From Eledone cirrhosa (lineage: Eukaryota), in contig OZ024747.1 of the NCBI GenBank assembly GCA_964016885.1, forward strand, positions 12,462,001-12,526,000: a stretch of DNA of 64,000 nucleotides, given 5' to 3'. The position numbers and the translations under genes were made by a program. Of the stretch, positions 41,533 to 51,149 are shown in pieces; within the stretch, counting starts at the first letter, position 1, and each line of letters opens with the position of its first letter. Below the pieces are notes generated by a model. The model searched no databases and was not told the origin of the DNA. It saw only the letters and a program-made list of their open reading frames with translations.

Positions 41533-41650
41533 ATGGCGAATTGGCAAAGACGTTAGAACGCAGGACAAAATATCTGGCAGTATTTCTTTCGACTATCTGC
41601 GTCCTAAGCTCAAACACACTGAGATCAACTTTGCCTTTCATCCTTTCGGA
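41533..41650 (+). mobile_element. S1 SINE, 3'-truncated
   Basis: GGCGAATTGGCA...GATCAACTTTGCCTTTCATCCTTTCGG. Confidence 0.6.
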
Positions 41651-41733
41651 ATCAATCCAAGATGGTGGATAAATGTGATTGTTAGTTCGTCAAAAGAAAT
41701 TATTGGTGTGTTGGGTTTAAATCATGCTGGCGT

Positions 41734-41889
41734 CTACTTGAGTAATAGACTTAATCCGTCACTCGATTTAATATCATCATCTGATCCTTGGGTGACTTTA
41801 ACGGCGTTCACTCTGTTGCAAAACCTTCGGAACAGATCTTCGGTTGGAGTAAACGTTCCTCTCTCTTCTGTGCACAAGTCTCTGATGTC
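41734..41889 (-). CDS. Candidate terminal coding exon (DIRDLCTEERGTFTPTEDLFRRFCNRVNAVKVTQGSDDDIKSSDGLSLLLK*)
   Basis: Acceptor TTTCCACTACATCTTTAG|GAC at phase 0, 51 codons then TAG; phase-compatible with exon 42,571-42,699. Confidence 0.55.
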   Translation of the reverse strand, partial: DIRDLCTEERGTFTPTEDLFRRFCNRVNAVKVTQGSDDDIKSSDGLSLLLK

Positions 41890-41999
41890 CTAAAGATGTA
41901 GTGGAAATCGAACTTTCCTCCTTGACTAAACGGTAAAATATCAACACACCAACACCATAATACACGACGTGTTTCTAATCAACAGCCAACCAGGTAATA

Positions 42000-42390
42000 G
42001 TGATTTCTAATTTAGGCGCAAGGCCAGCAATCTGGGGGAAGTATTTGATACGTGACTTATTTTATAGACCTTAGAAGAGTGAAAGACACAGTTAATCTCG
42101 GCGGGATTTGAACTCAGAATGTTAAGTGCTGGAACAAATATTGCTAAACATTTGTCTGACGCTCTATCAGTTCCGCTAATCTGCCGCCCTAATGCAAAAC
42201 CTAACAATAATTGTTTCTACTTTTGGCACAAGGCCAGCAATTGTCTCAGTACATTACTGGTATTTTATTTTATCGACCCCGTAAGGATGAAAGGCAAAGT
42301 TAACCTCGGCGGGATTTGAACTCAGACCGTAAAGAGACGTAACTATGCTGGAAAGCATGGTGTCCGAACATCTACCGATACTGCCAATTC
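42000..42390 (-). mobile_element. Two adjacent S1 SINE copies
   Basis: CTCGGCGGGATTTGAACTCAGA at ~42,097 and ~42,305. Confidence 0.75.
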
Positions 42391-42570
42391 ACTTACTCAT
42401 TAGACAAAATATATTCAATGAAGAAGACAAGACAATGTTCCAATATAAGCAATCGGTACTTTGTTTAACTCTTTGATTTTACTTGATCATAGGTATCCAT
42501 CAACGGGGTGGTGGACGGCGTCAAAATATTGATTTAAAGAAGCGGGGAAATAAAGATATGTCTTTCATAC

Positions 42571-42699
42571 CGTTCGCAGATAATCATTAGCGGAATAAAA
42601 GAGATGATGAACCCCCATCCACTCACTACACCCCTCACTATAAGCAATCATTCCAATGAATCTAGTAACTGCTAAACATTGGTAAACGGTTGGAATTGT
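42571..42699 (-). CDS. Candidate internal exon (TIPTVYQCLAVTRFIGMIAYSEGCSEWMGVHHLFYSANDYLRT)
   Basis: Acceptor CTCTACTTGCAG|ACA, donor ACG|GTATGA, 129 bp, phase 0-0, non-repetitive composition. An alternative upstream acceptor near 42,793 keeps the same frame. Confidence 0.55.
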
Positions 42700-42993
42700 C
42701 TGCAAGTAGAGCTTTTCGTTTAAATAACAACTTTTCAACTGTCCAAGAATTAAGCAATAAAGACACCGTTGTAATTTAAATTGGAAATGTCTTCTAATAC
42801 TTATGATGAGGAATGTCTTAATGTTCAGTGTTTGTTTAGTCTCGTAGTGTTTGGTGGACGAGTAATAAATCACTCCACCTCTAAATCATCTCCTACCCTA
42901 TTGTACTCTGCTACATAGAGGAGGTGAATGTAAAGTTGTTGCTGTTTTTTAGATTATTCTACCTTGAAACACAAAACCCCTGTATCAGGTTTG

Positions 42994-43025
<32 letters not shown>

Positions 43026-43027
43026 AT

Positions 43028-43085
<58 letters not shown>

Positions 43086-43334
43086 CTTCTAAGGGTCTAG
43101 AACTGTATGAAACAGTTCTAGTCCTGTAGAAGTCATTTCTATATCAAATAAAGATGCTTATATTCTATCAATGTATCAATGAGGGGTGGGAGTGGAAATA
43201 TGGTGGAGGTGTGTGTGGGGGGGGGTCCGACCGAAACGTAGGACCCTCCTTTACTTCCTCTAAGCGTGAACCTAATAAGACTTTGTATTTTTGCATCCCT
43301 GTGTTTGTTTTGTTTTATTTGTTCAACTATATAT

Positions 43335-43432
<98 letters not shown>

Positions 43433-44176
43433 CTGTCTGTATTCTCTCTCTCTCTCTGTAAATGTAAATTCTTGTCTACATTTTTAAGCCCCTGTCCTAT
43501 ATTCAACATACTTCTTTTATTCTTCCTCAAAAAGGATTTTTTTCTACATATAGCTTAGGTTTAGAACAATTCTTTTATGTCGAGGTTTGTGTGTGCCTGT
43601 ATGGGTGGGTGTATCATTTTGATTATATTAAATCAAACAGACAAACAAGAATAATCCACTCTCCTGCCATTCATTAGACAGCTGTTGAAGTTAAGGAGAT
43701 CATGGAATAATTAGAATTTTGTTTCTTGCGCTGAAAAACGATTCACGGTAACTTCATGGCGTAAAATTACCTGTAATTTTACCGGTTGTTAAATTCCATT
43801 GTAAGAAAATACAGTTTTTTGGGGGCTCTTTTTCATTTGCAAGGTAAATATGTTGCATTAAAATGCATTATAAGATTCATGCAAACAGATGATACTATTT
43901 TCTATTGAAGGATGGAAACCTTTTAAAAAGACATTGTCAATATATATTTTACTTATTTCGTTCTCTAACATACCGGAGGGCAATTTTGTTGACTTAATCT
44001 TTCTTAACCTTTAAACTTCTACAACTCACTTCTATAGAGTCTCAGTGTTCCTTATAGCCTCTGACTTGGCACTTCTCTCAATCCCAGTTCAGGTCAGTAT
44101 ATGGATATATCCAGGCAGGGCAATCTCATAGCCCGGATATATCCATATACTGAAGTGAGTAGTCGTTTTTTAGCGC

Positions 44177-44342
44177 TTCATTTAACTCTACCACTTTCAT
44201 CAACAGGATACCTGAAATACACAAATGCAATGTGATTAAAAACTTTGGTAACTACTGAGTACATAGAACAAATCTCATTAAGATATCTCAATTGCCTTTG
44301 TAATATATATATTTTTTTAAGAGACTTATGGACACCCTGTAT
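44177..44342 (-). mobile_element. Tc1/mariner terminal fragment
   Basis: The minus strand begins TA-CAGGGTGTCCATAAGTCTC, a typical mariner/maT TIR start; no partner TIR seen. Confidence 0.5.
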
Positions 44343-44497
44343 ATTAATATATCCAGGGTTTAAGGTTGTCATGCAGGTCAATATATTAATATATCTAGGG
44401 TTTAAGGTTGTCATGCAGGTCAATATATTAATATATCTAGCGTTTAAGGCTGCCATGCAGGTCAATATATTAATATATCTAGCGTTTAAGGCTGCCA
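44341..44497. repeat. 42-bp tandem repeat, ~3.7 copies
   Basis: ATATTAATATATCTAGGGTTTAAGGTTGTCATGCAGGTCAAT units. Confidence 0.9.
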
Positions 44498-45459
44498 GGA
44501 GGGGGATGCTGTGTCGAACATAGTGGCACCAGAGTCTTTCAATGTGTTTGGATGGCACCAGAGTCTTTCAGAGTTGAATCAAAGACCACTTCACTGCTTG
44601 CTCTAAAATGAGAAAGAATGGTAATTACAGATATCAAAAATTGGAATTTGTCGGACCTCTTAATATTATTTGGTAGCTTGAACTGGCAGCTATCTACATC
44701 TTTCACAATCCATGAAGAAAGACGCAACCAAAAGCTTTACATATCCATCATATATGGCACAACTAGAGTTAATAAATCTCTCCTAAATCTCATTAGACTG
44801 TTGCATGGCTTGCTGTGGGACCGAGCATAGTTTTCCTTTCTCCAATGAAAAATTCCGTCATCTTTAAACTGGAATTTAAAATTTTTTTTATTAAGGCTAC
44901 GTATTTACAAAAAAAAATGAGAGAGAGAGAGAGGGGGGAGAATGATAGAGGGAGGGGAAGATGAAGGGAGAGGGGGTGATAGAGGAAGGGGAAGATGAAG
45001 GGAGAGAGAGAGGGGAACTTCATAAAACTTATATTTATTTGCGATGGAATTACCTTATGGTGTATTTAACAAACAGTGAAATTACAGGCGGATAAATTAC
45101 GTGATATAATTTACCGCCATGTGGTTTTCCTCATGAATCTTACGCCATGAAGTTTTCATGAATTGGTTTTCATTGAAAGAAACAATTCTAATTATTCCAT
45201 TATCTAGTTATTTCCTTACATTCAACAGCTGTCTAATTAATGGCAGGACAGTGGATTATTTGTGTTTGACTGTTTAATATAACATAATCAAAATAATACA
45301 TCCCCACACACAAACAAACCACACAAGGCATTGTTCTAAACTTAAGCTATATGTAGAAAAAAATCCCTTTTCGGAAGAATAAAAGAAATCAGTTGAAAAT
45401 AGAACAGAGACTTAAAAATGTAGACATGAATTTACACACACACACACACACACACGCTC

Positions 45460-45600
45460 CTTCTCGGGGGTCTACGAAGCAAACATAAAGCTCTTGACAG
45501 TAATCCCATGATTTCTCAAAGACCTGTCGGTATGTAAATATTAGGTCGGTTGTGCTGAGTCCGAGGCGAAAACCATACTTGTTCATCAGCTAACTTGGAC
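45460..45600 (-). pseudogene. Decayed RTE-like LINE reverse-transcriptase fragment
   Basis: YGFRLGLSTTDLIFTYRQVFEKSWDYCQELYVCFVD matches the QxGFRxxRSTxDxIFxLRQxxEK...FVD motif at the start of LINE RT domains. Confidence 0.8.
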
Positions 45601-45649
45601 ACGACAACCTCCCTACATCTCTTTGCCAGACACTTAGCCTAGGCGTTAC

Positions 45650-45786
45650 CGACTTTTTGAAACATTCACCCGTAAGGGTGAAAAGCAAAGTTGGGTGGGA
45701 TTTGAACCACAGAAAGTAGAAAATCGTAAATATACAGAGTAAAACATTTTGTCCAACGCTCTCTTCAGACTGCCAATCCACCGCCT
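45650..45786 (-). mobile_element. S1 SINE, degenerate
   Basis: CCCGTAAGGGTGAAAAGCAAAGTT...GGGATTTGAAC...CTGCCAATCCACCGCC. Confidence 0.65.
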
Positions 45787-45837
45787 ACAACTCTAAATAT
45801 CCACAAGGAAACTAAACTGTCTGTTTATCTCTCTCTA

Positions 45838-45938
<101 letters not shown>

Positions 45939-46078
45939 GCCGCCGCCACCACACATACACACATACACACAAACATTCTCTCATATACATGCATATGCCT
46001 GTTTCTCATCTCACAAATACTGTACACGTGTACATAGAACGTGTATTTGTATGCGAGTAGTTGTGTTTGATATATGTT

Positions 46079-46118
<40 letters not shown>

Positions 46119-46171
46119 TACACACACACGCTTTTACATGTGTGTGTGTGTGTATGTGTGTGTGTGTGAGA

Positions 46172-46462
46172 AGGCGCATGGCTTAGTGGTTAGAGCATTG
46201 GGCTTGCAATCGAAAGAAGGTGAGTTCAATTCTCAGACCGGGTGATGTGTTGTGTCCTTGAGCAAGACACTTTATTTCACGTTGCTCCAGTTTACTCAGC
46301 TGTAGAAATGAGTTTCGACGTCACTGGTACCAAGCTGTATCGGCCATTGCTTTTTCCCTTGGGTATCATCGGTGGCGTGGCGAGGGGAGACTGGTATGTA
46401 TGGGTGACTGCTGGTCTTCCACAAACAACCTTGCCCGGACTTGTGCCTCGGAGGGGAACTTT
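46172..46462 (+). mobile_element. tRNA-derived SINE (family S2) with CORE-like central segment
   Basis: A-box TGGCTTAGTGG, B-box GAGTTCAATTC, then GTGTCCTTGAGCAAGACACTT. Confidence 0.75.
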
Positions 46463-46467
46463 CTTCA

Positions 46468-46503
<36 letters not shown>

Positions 46504-46629
46504 GAAGTAAGTGACATAGTCACTACTTTAAAACTGATAGCGTATGGTCTTCTAAATGTTTTTAATTAAACATACGCTATATTGACAAATATCCTATACA
46601 TACATTCATATATATATATATATATATTA

Positions 46630-46816
46630 TAATAATTGTTTCTACTTTTGGCACAAGGCCATCAATTACCCAGTACATTACTGGTACTTTATTTTATCGA
46701 CCCCGTAAGGATGAAAGGCAAAGTTAACCTCGACAGGATTTGAACTCAGACCGTAAAGGGACGTAACTATGCTGGAAAGCATGGCGTCCGACTCTCTACC
46801 GATACTGCCAATCCAC
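46630..46816 (-). mobile_element. S1 SINE
   Basis: Near-identical to 42,205-42,390. Confidence 0.8.
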
Positions 46817-46920
46817 AAGGTATATATCCCTACACGCAAAAAGCGTCCAGGGACACACGTATTGTCCAACCATATGCCAATGTGGTTCAATGGCAGGTTA
46901 ATAAATTAACGAGCCAGAAC

Positions 46921-47239
46921 ATATATAATCAAGGTTTAGCAAATAAGAAAAAGTTTCAAAATAAATTTCAAAAAATTCACTGTACTAATTGCTTCCACAT
47001 CATTCATTCTCATCTCGGGAACAATTTTGAATAGCGCCAGTTCGTAATTTGAACCCGGGAATTTTATATTCTCCGAGTGAAAAGAACCTTCTGACGAGAG
47101 TTTATCTTTTCAATGGAAGGCCGCAAGGACTGTCCATTTATTTTTTAGACTCGAAACCGATTCGGTAAAGGTAACCATAGTGAGTACAGTGAATTTTTTG
47201 AAATTTATTTTGAAACTTTTTCTTATTTGCTAAACCTTG

Positions 47240-47248
<9 letters not shown>
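46921..47248 (+). mobile_element. 328-bp ribozyme-carrying element bounded by perfect 66-bp inverted repeats, adjoining (TA)n
   Basis: Arms 46,921-46,986 and 47,183-47,248 are exact reverse complements; the interior contains a hammerhead. Confidence 0.8.
47086..47172 (+). ncRNA. Type I hammerhead ribozyme with extended GNRA-capped stem II
   Basis: ACCTT-CTGACGA(47,091-97)-GAGTTTA...TAGACTC-GAAA(47,153-56)-CCG-ATT-CGG-TA|AAGGT. All core nucleotides and three helices are present; predicted GUA cleavage after 47,167. Confidence 0.85.
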
Positions 47249-47291
<43 letters not shown>

Positions 47292-47349
47292 ACAAAGAAG
47301 ACATTTGTGCTCTAAGCATCCGAAGTATCCGAAGTATGGGATGCATTTA

Positions 47350-47660
47350 TACCATACAGAGCCATTTAGATGGATGTTACACTCCCCTTCTGAGAAAGGC
47401 TCAAAATATTCTTTAGCAGATCCATCCCATATATGCAAAAATCCCAAGAGTAAATGCACGACTGATTGAACATCGTGCAGGGTATGTTGATCACTGTTTC
47501 TGTGCAAAAGATGAAATGGTTTCAGACCTCTTGTTGTGGGAGTTCTCCTCTACTAGAAAGCTCAGATACCAGGAAACTATAGCAAGAGGCACTGGAATTG
47601 ACGATGGTGACCTATATACCTTCATGGGAAACAGAGCTTGTTGACGTGAAGTTGTGGCGT
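47350..47660 (+). pseudogene. Decayed RTE-like LINE ORF C-terminus
   Basis: LDGCYTPLLRKAQNI...KIPRVNARLIEHRAGYVDHCFCAKDEMVSDLLLWE resembles post-RT LINE C-termini; contains a frameshift and a stop. Confidence 0.6.
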
Positions 47661-47771
47661 GAATCTGTATATATACAACACAGGGGTAAATGAAACTGCG
47701 TAAATATGTATATAAATTTACATATTGAGTACATAGGCATACACGTATTTCCCTTTAAATTGAAAAAAATA

Positions 47772-47989
47772 ATGATTTCTAGTATAGGCACAAGGCCAGT
47801 AATTTGGGCAGAGGGGAAAGTCGATTAAATCGACCCCAGTACCTTACTGGTACTTTATTTTATCGACCCCGTAAGGATGAAAGGCAAAGTTAACTTCGGT
47901 GGGATTTGAACCCAGACCGTAAAGGACCGTAACTTTATACTGCAAAGCATGATGTCCGACCCTCTACTGATACTGCCAATCCACCGCCC
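47772..47989 (-). mobile_element. S1 SINE, near full length
   Basis: Homologous to 40,036-40,225 in reverse. Confidence 0.8.
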
Positions 47990-48105
47990 TGATTGAAAAA
48001 ATGCTAAATACCTTTAATCGATCTTCAAATCTAACTGTGTTCTTCTCATCAGAAAAATTATATATTAAAGCCTCGTGTTTATTCAAAATAGCTATGTGGG
48101 ATTAC

Positions 48106-48350
48106 TTTTGAAACAATCGCTCTAAAGCTTCGGGTTTGATGAAATGTGGCACCCACCGTTCTCTCGATTCTCCAAATCCCGGATTTGTCCCAGCTGGCCA
48201 GTAATCGATTTCTAAGGTACCCGACTAAAAAAGGTTGTGTCTTGAATGTACGATGTATTTGGTCGATGTATTTTGTGTTTGATTGTGGCTTTGGTGATTC
48301 ATTTGAAAAAGGTTGGTGAGAATAAACGACGTCAATGCTGGTTAATGATC
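48106..48350 (-). CDS. Candidate internal exon (...YIDQIHRTFKTQPFLVGYLRNRLLASWDKSGIWRIERTVGATFHQTRSFRAIVSK)
   Basis: TACAG|GA acceptor just after an in-frame stop, 81 open codons, AAA|GTAATC donor at phase 0 matching exon 42,699. A shorter alternative in another frame (SGTLEIDYW...) is also possible. Confidence 0.4.
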
Positions 48351-48411
48351 CTGTACAACTTGTATAGTGTCACCCCATTAGTAAATGTTTCTTGTTACTT
48401 AGAGATCTTTA

Positions 48412-48618
48412 AGTGTTGTGAATTGACAGAAATGCTAGAACGAAGGGCTTTGTGGTACTTCTTCCGGCTCTTTACGTTCTGTTTTCAAATCCCGCCGCGC
48501 TCTACGTTGCCTTTCATCCTTCTGTGGTCGATCAAATAAAGTACCAGTGACGTACTGGGGTCAATTTAACCAACTTTCATCCTCACAAATTGTTGGACTT
48601 CAACCTAAATTAGAAATC
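48412..48618 (+). mobile_element. S1 SINE, degenerate
   Basis: TTCAAATCCCGCCG...TTGCCTTTCATCCTT...AAATAAAGTACCAG. Confidence 0.65.
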
Positions 48619-48920
48619 TAGTTTTTGATAGTTCTTGTTCTGATCACACAAAGAAACTTCCTTAGCCTGCATCTTCCACTACCCAGGCTATGCTCACCCA
48701 CACCATATCATGTGGAAGGTCATAACGCTATACGACCCTCTCCACCGCTTTAGGTATTTCCACAACGCTGCTACGTGACAAAGATGTTTAATGATTTATT
48801 TATTGATCACAAGAGGTTATTATATATTTTAGTTAATTACACAAATCTGTATAAAATTGTGATCCTTTAATATTCAATGATGCGACCCTCTAAGTTCTGC
48901 GGCCTAAGCAGCCGCTTAGG

Positions 48921-48971
<51 letters not shown>

Positions 48972-49225
48972 TTGGCCCCTCGTTATCGAGTATGGCCATT
49001 GCACGATATATCATTATTAATAATTATTAATTAATGCTATCGTGCAATGCCTGTGCATGAAGATATTTTTTAAAGTGAGGAAAGACTGTGCACTGAGCCA
49101 ATCCCACTCTCTGAGCGACAGTAGCTATAACCCGAAAAGAAGAAAAGATCAACATCATCGGTAACTACTGAGCCGCAGGTTTTATATCAGAGTTATCCCA
49201 GTTTCCTGAGTTGCCTTCTCCTAGA

Positions 49226-50514
49226 ATACTGTTACAAAATAAAATGCAAATAGTTCTTGAAAAAAACATTTATTTCCAGATCTGACTTCAACAAATAGTA
49301 AGTAATATACTATTAAACAACTGCACAAAAATGTATTCGAAATGCTTTCCTCTAACTCTCACCACCGCTGGAAGTCTTCTAGGAAAGTCTTCGATGACTG
49401 CACGAACAGTTTCCATGGGTATTTTCTCCCATACTTTATTCAGTTTTGATTTTAGAGTTTCAATATTTTGGCTAGGAGTAGAACAGGTTTCACTCTCAAG
49501 AATTGACCATAAAGAAAAATCGAGAGGGTTGAGATCTGGTGATGTGGGAGGCCACTCTTCCTTACTGATCCATGCAGGACAATGGTCTCTACACCACTGT
49601 TGTGTTATGCAAGCAGTGTGGCTCGTCGCTCCATCTTGTTGGAGAGTCCAAATGTCATCGCCATAAACAGATATGCACCATGGCATCAGTGCTCCTTCCA
49701 AAATATCCTTTATGCAAAGTTCTTTGTTAATTTTAACTCCTTGAGGCACAAAAATCAGAGGAGACTTACCTCTTTCAGAAATGACTGCCCAAATCATCAC
49801 TGATGCTGGTTTCTGTGTTCTGAATACTTTTCCTACACTTGAAGGAATTGATTTGAGACTTTTTGCAAGTACTCGATCATTTTGATGATTGTGAGACTGC
49901 TGCACAGTGAATAACTTCTCATCTGTAAAGATGATGTTTTGCAACGTGCCATCCTTGATACAGTTCAATAACAGTTTACTTCTGGAGAGCCTCTTTTCAA
50001 TTGTGGCTGCAGAAAGAAGCTCCCTCTTTTGGAACTTATAGGGTGACATCCCCAGATCATTTCGACATATCCTCCGCATAGTTCTCGGCGATGTTTCTGC
50101 TTCTTCTGCCATTTTTCTCATGCACCTTCTTGGATTACGCCTTATTTTTTCCCTCACACTTTTAACGAGTTTTGGTGTTCTTGAGGTGCGAGGGCGTCTG
50201 GATCGAGGTCTGTCTTTGATCGAGGAAGTTTCCTTAAATCGATCGATTGTCCTTTTGATCAACATTCTATTGATCTTAAGAATTTTCCCCAGTTTAAATA
50301 TCTTGGGTGGAGTCGGGCCTTTTTCATGCTTCTCTATTATGAACTTTCTTTTCAATTCTATGGACATTGCAAATTGTTAATGGAGTAATGTTCTGAAAAA
50401 TAGTTAATATGGTTATAGTGCATGGATTTGATACAAATATATTGGTTATATTAGCAACATAATGTATTTTTAAATTGATTTAAAACTTTGTAACAGGAAT
50501 TATGCCCCACCCTG
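49226..50514 (-). mobile_element. Tc1/mariner DD37D (maT family) transposon, one TIR intact and one truncated
   Basis: TA-CAGGGTGGGGCATAATTCCTGTTACAAA at 50,514 (minus). Only CTGTTACAAA of the partner TIR survives, near 49,229. Confidence 0.85.
49288..50367 (-). CDS. DD37D maT-family transposase, 359 aa
   Basis: Motifs IKDRPRSRRPRT, IIFTDEKLF, QQDGATSH and WPPTSPDLNPLDFSLW; 37 residues counted between the second and third Asp. Confidence 0.92.
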   Translation of the reverse strand: MSIELKRKFIIEKHEKGPTPPKIFKLGKILKINRMLIKRTIDRFKETSSIKDRPRSRRPRTSRTPKLVKSVREKIRRNPRRCMRKMAEEAETSPRTMRRICRNDLGMSPYKFQKRELLSAATIEKRLSRSKLLLNCIKDGTLQNIIFTDEKLFTVQQSHNHQNDRVLAKSLKSIPSSVGKVFRTQKPASVMIWAVISERGKSPLIFVPQGVKINKELCIKDILEGALMPWCISVYGDDIWTLQQDGATSHTACITQQWCRDHCPAWISKEEWPPTSPDLNPLDFSLWSILESETCSTPSQNIETLKSKLNKVWEKIPMETVRAVIEDFPRRLPAVVRVRGKHFEYIFVQLFNSILLTIC

Positions 50515-50522
50515 TATATATA

Positions 50523-50596
<74 letters not shown>

Positions 50597-50748
50597 TGTG
50601 TGTGTGTTTGTTAAGGCTACACGTGTCTGTGGAATGCTCAGCCACTTTCACGTGAATTCCTCGAGCAGGCTGTTCCATTGATCAAACAACTGGAACGCTC
50701 GTCGTCGGAATCGACGTAGATCGCATACATACACACACATACACAAAG

Positions 50749-50779
<31 letters not shown>

Positions 50780-51149
50780 ATACACACACACATAATACAC
50801 AAACACATACATACACACGCACATACACACGCACATACACAAACACATACACACATACACACACATACATACCCCTCCACCCCACACACACACATATACA
50901 CAGATACACACACGTCAACAGACAGACACACACAACGTCAACAGACAGACACACACACGTCAACAGACAGACACACACGTCAACAGACACACACGTCATA
51001 CAAGACAAGAAAGACAGAAATAAACGACATGCCAATATTTGCTGGAGAATATTTTGCCAATATCAAACGTTATCTGCTGCCTATCAAAGTGGAGGGATTA
51101 AGACTGCAGCTCCGCTTACTGTCACTCACACCATCTCATCAATTCACCT

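Larger units (their letters stand above)
43463..45436. repeat. Long imperfect inverted repeat (~300-bp arms 43,463-43,764 and 45,140-45,436), possibly a decayed long-TIR element
   Basis: Examples: TTTTTTCTACATATAGCTTAGGTTTAGAACAAT vs ATTGTTCTAAACTTAAGCTATATGTAGAAAAAA, and CTTCATGGCGTAA vs TTACGCCATGAAG. Confidence 0.85.

Noticed and set aside
46172-46245. tRNA gene
   Set aside because: No proper acceptor stem; it continues into a SINE body.
46834-46900. Exon LNHIGIWLDNTCVPGRFLR
   Set aside because: In-frame stop upstream with no AG acceptor in between.
48040-48055. CTGATGA on the minus strand as a hammerhead
   Set aside because: No stem II, GAAA or stem I partner.
48698-48770. Exon with GTGAGC donor
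   Set aside because: The long open frame is phase-incompatible with the downstream candidates, and the 30-nt alternative has a poor acceptor.
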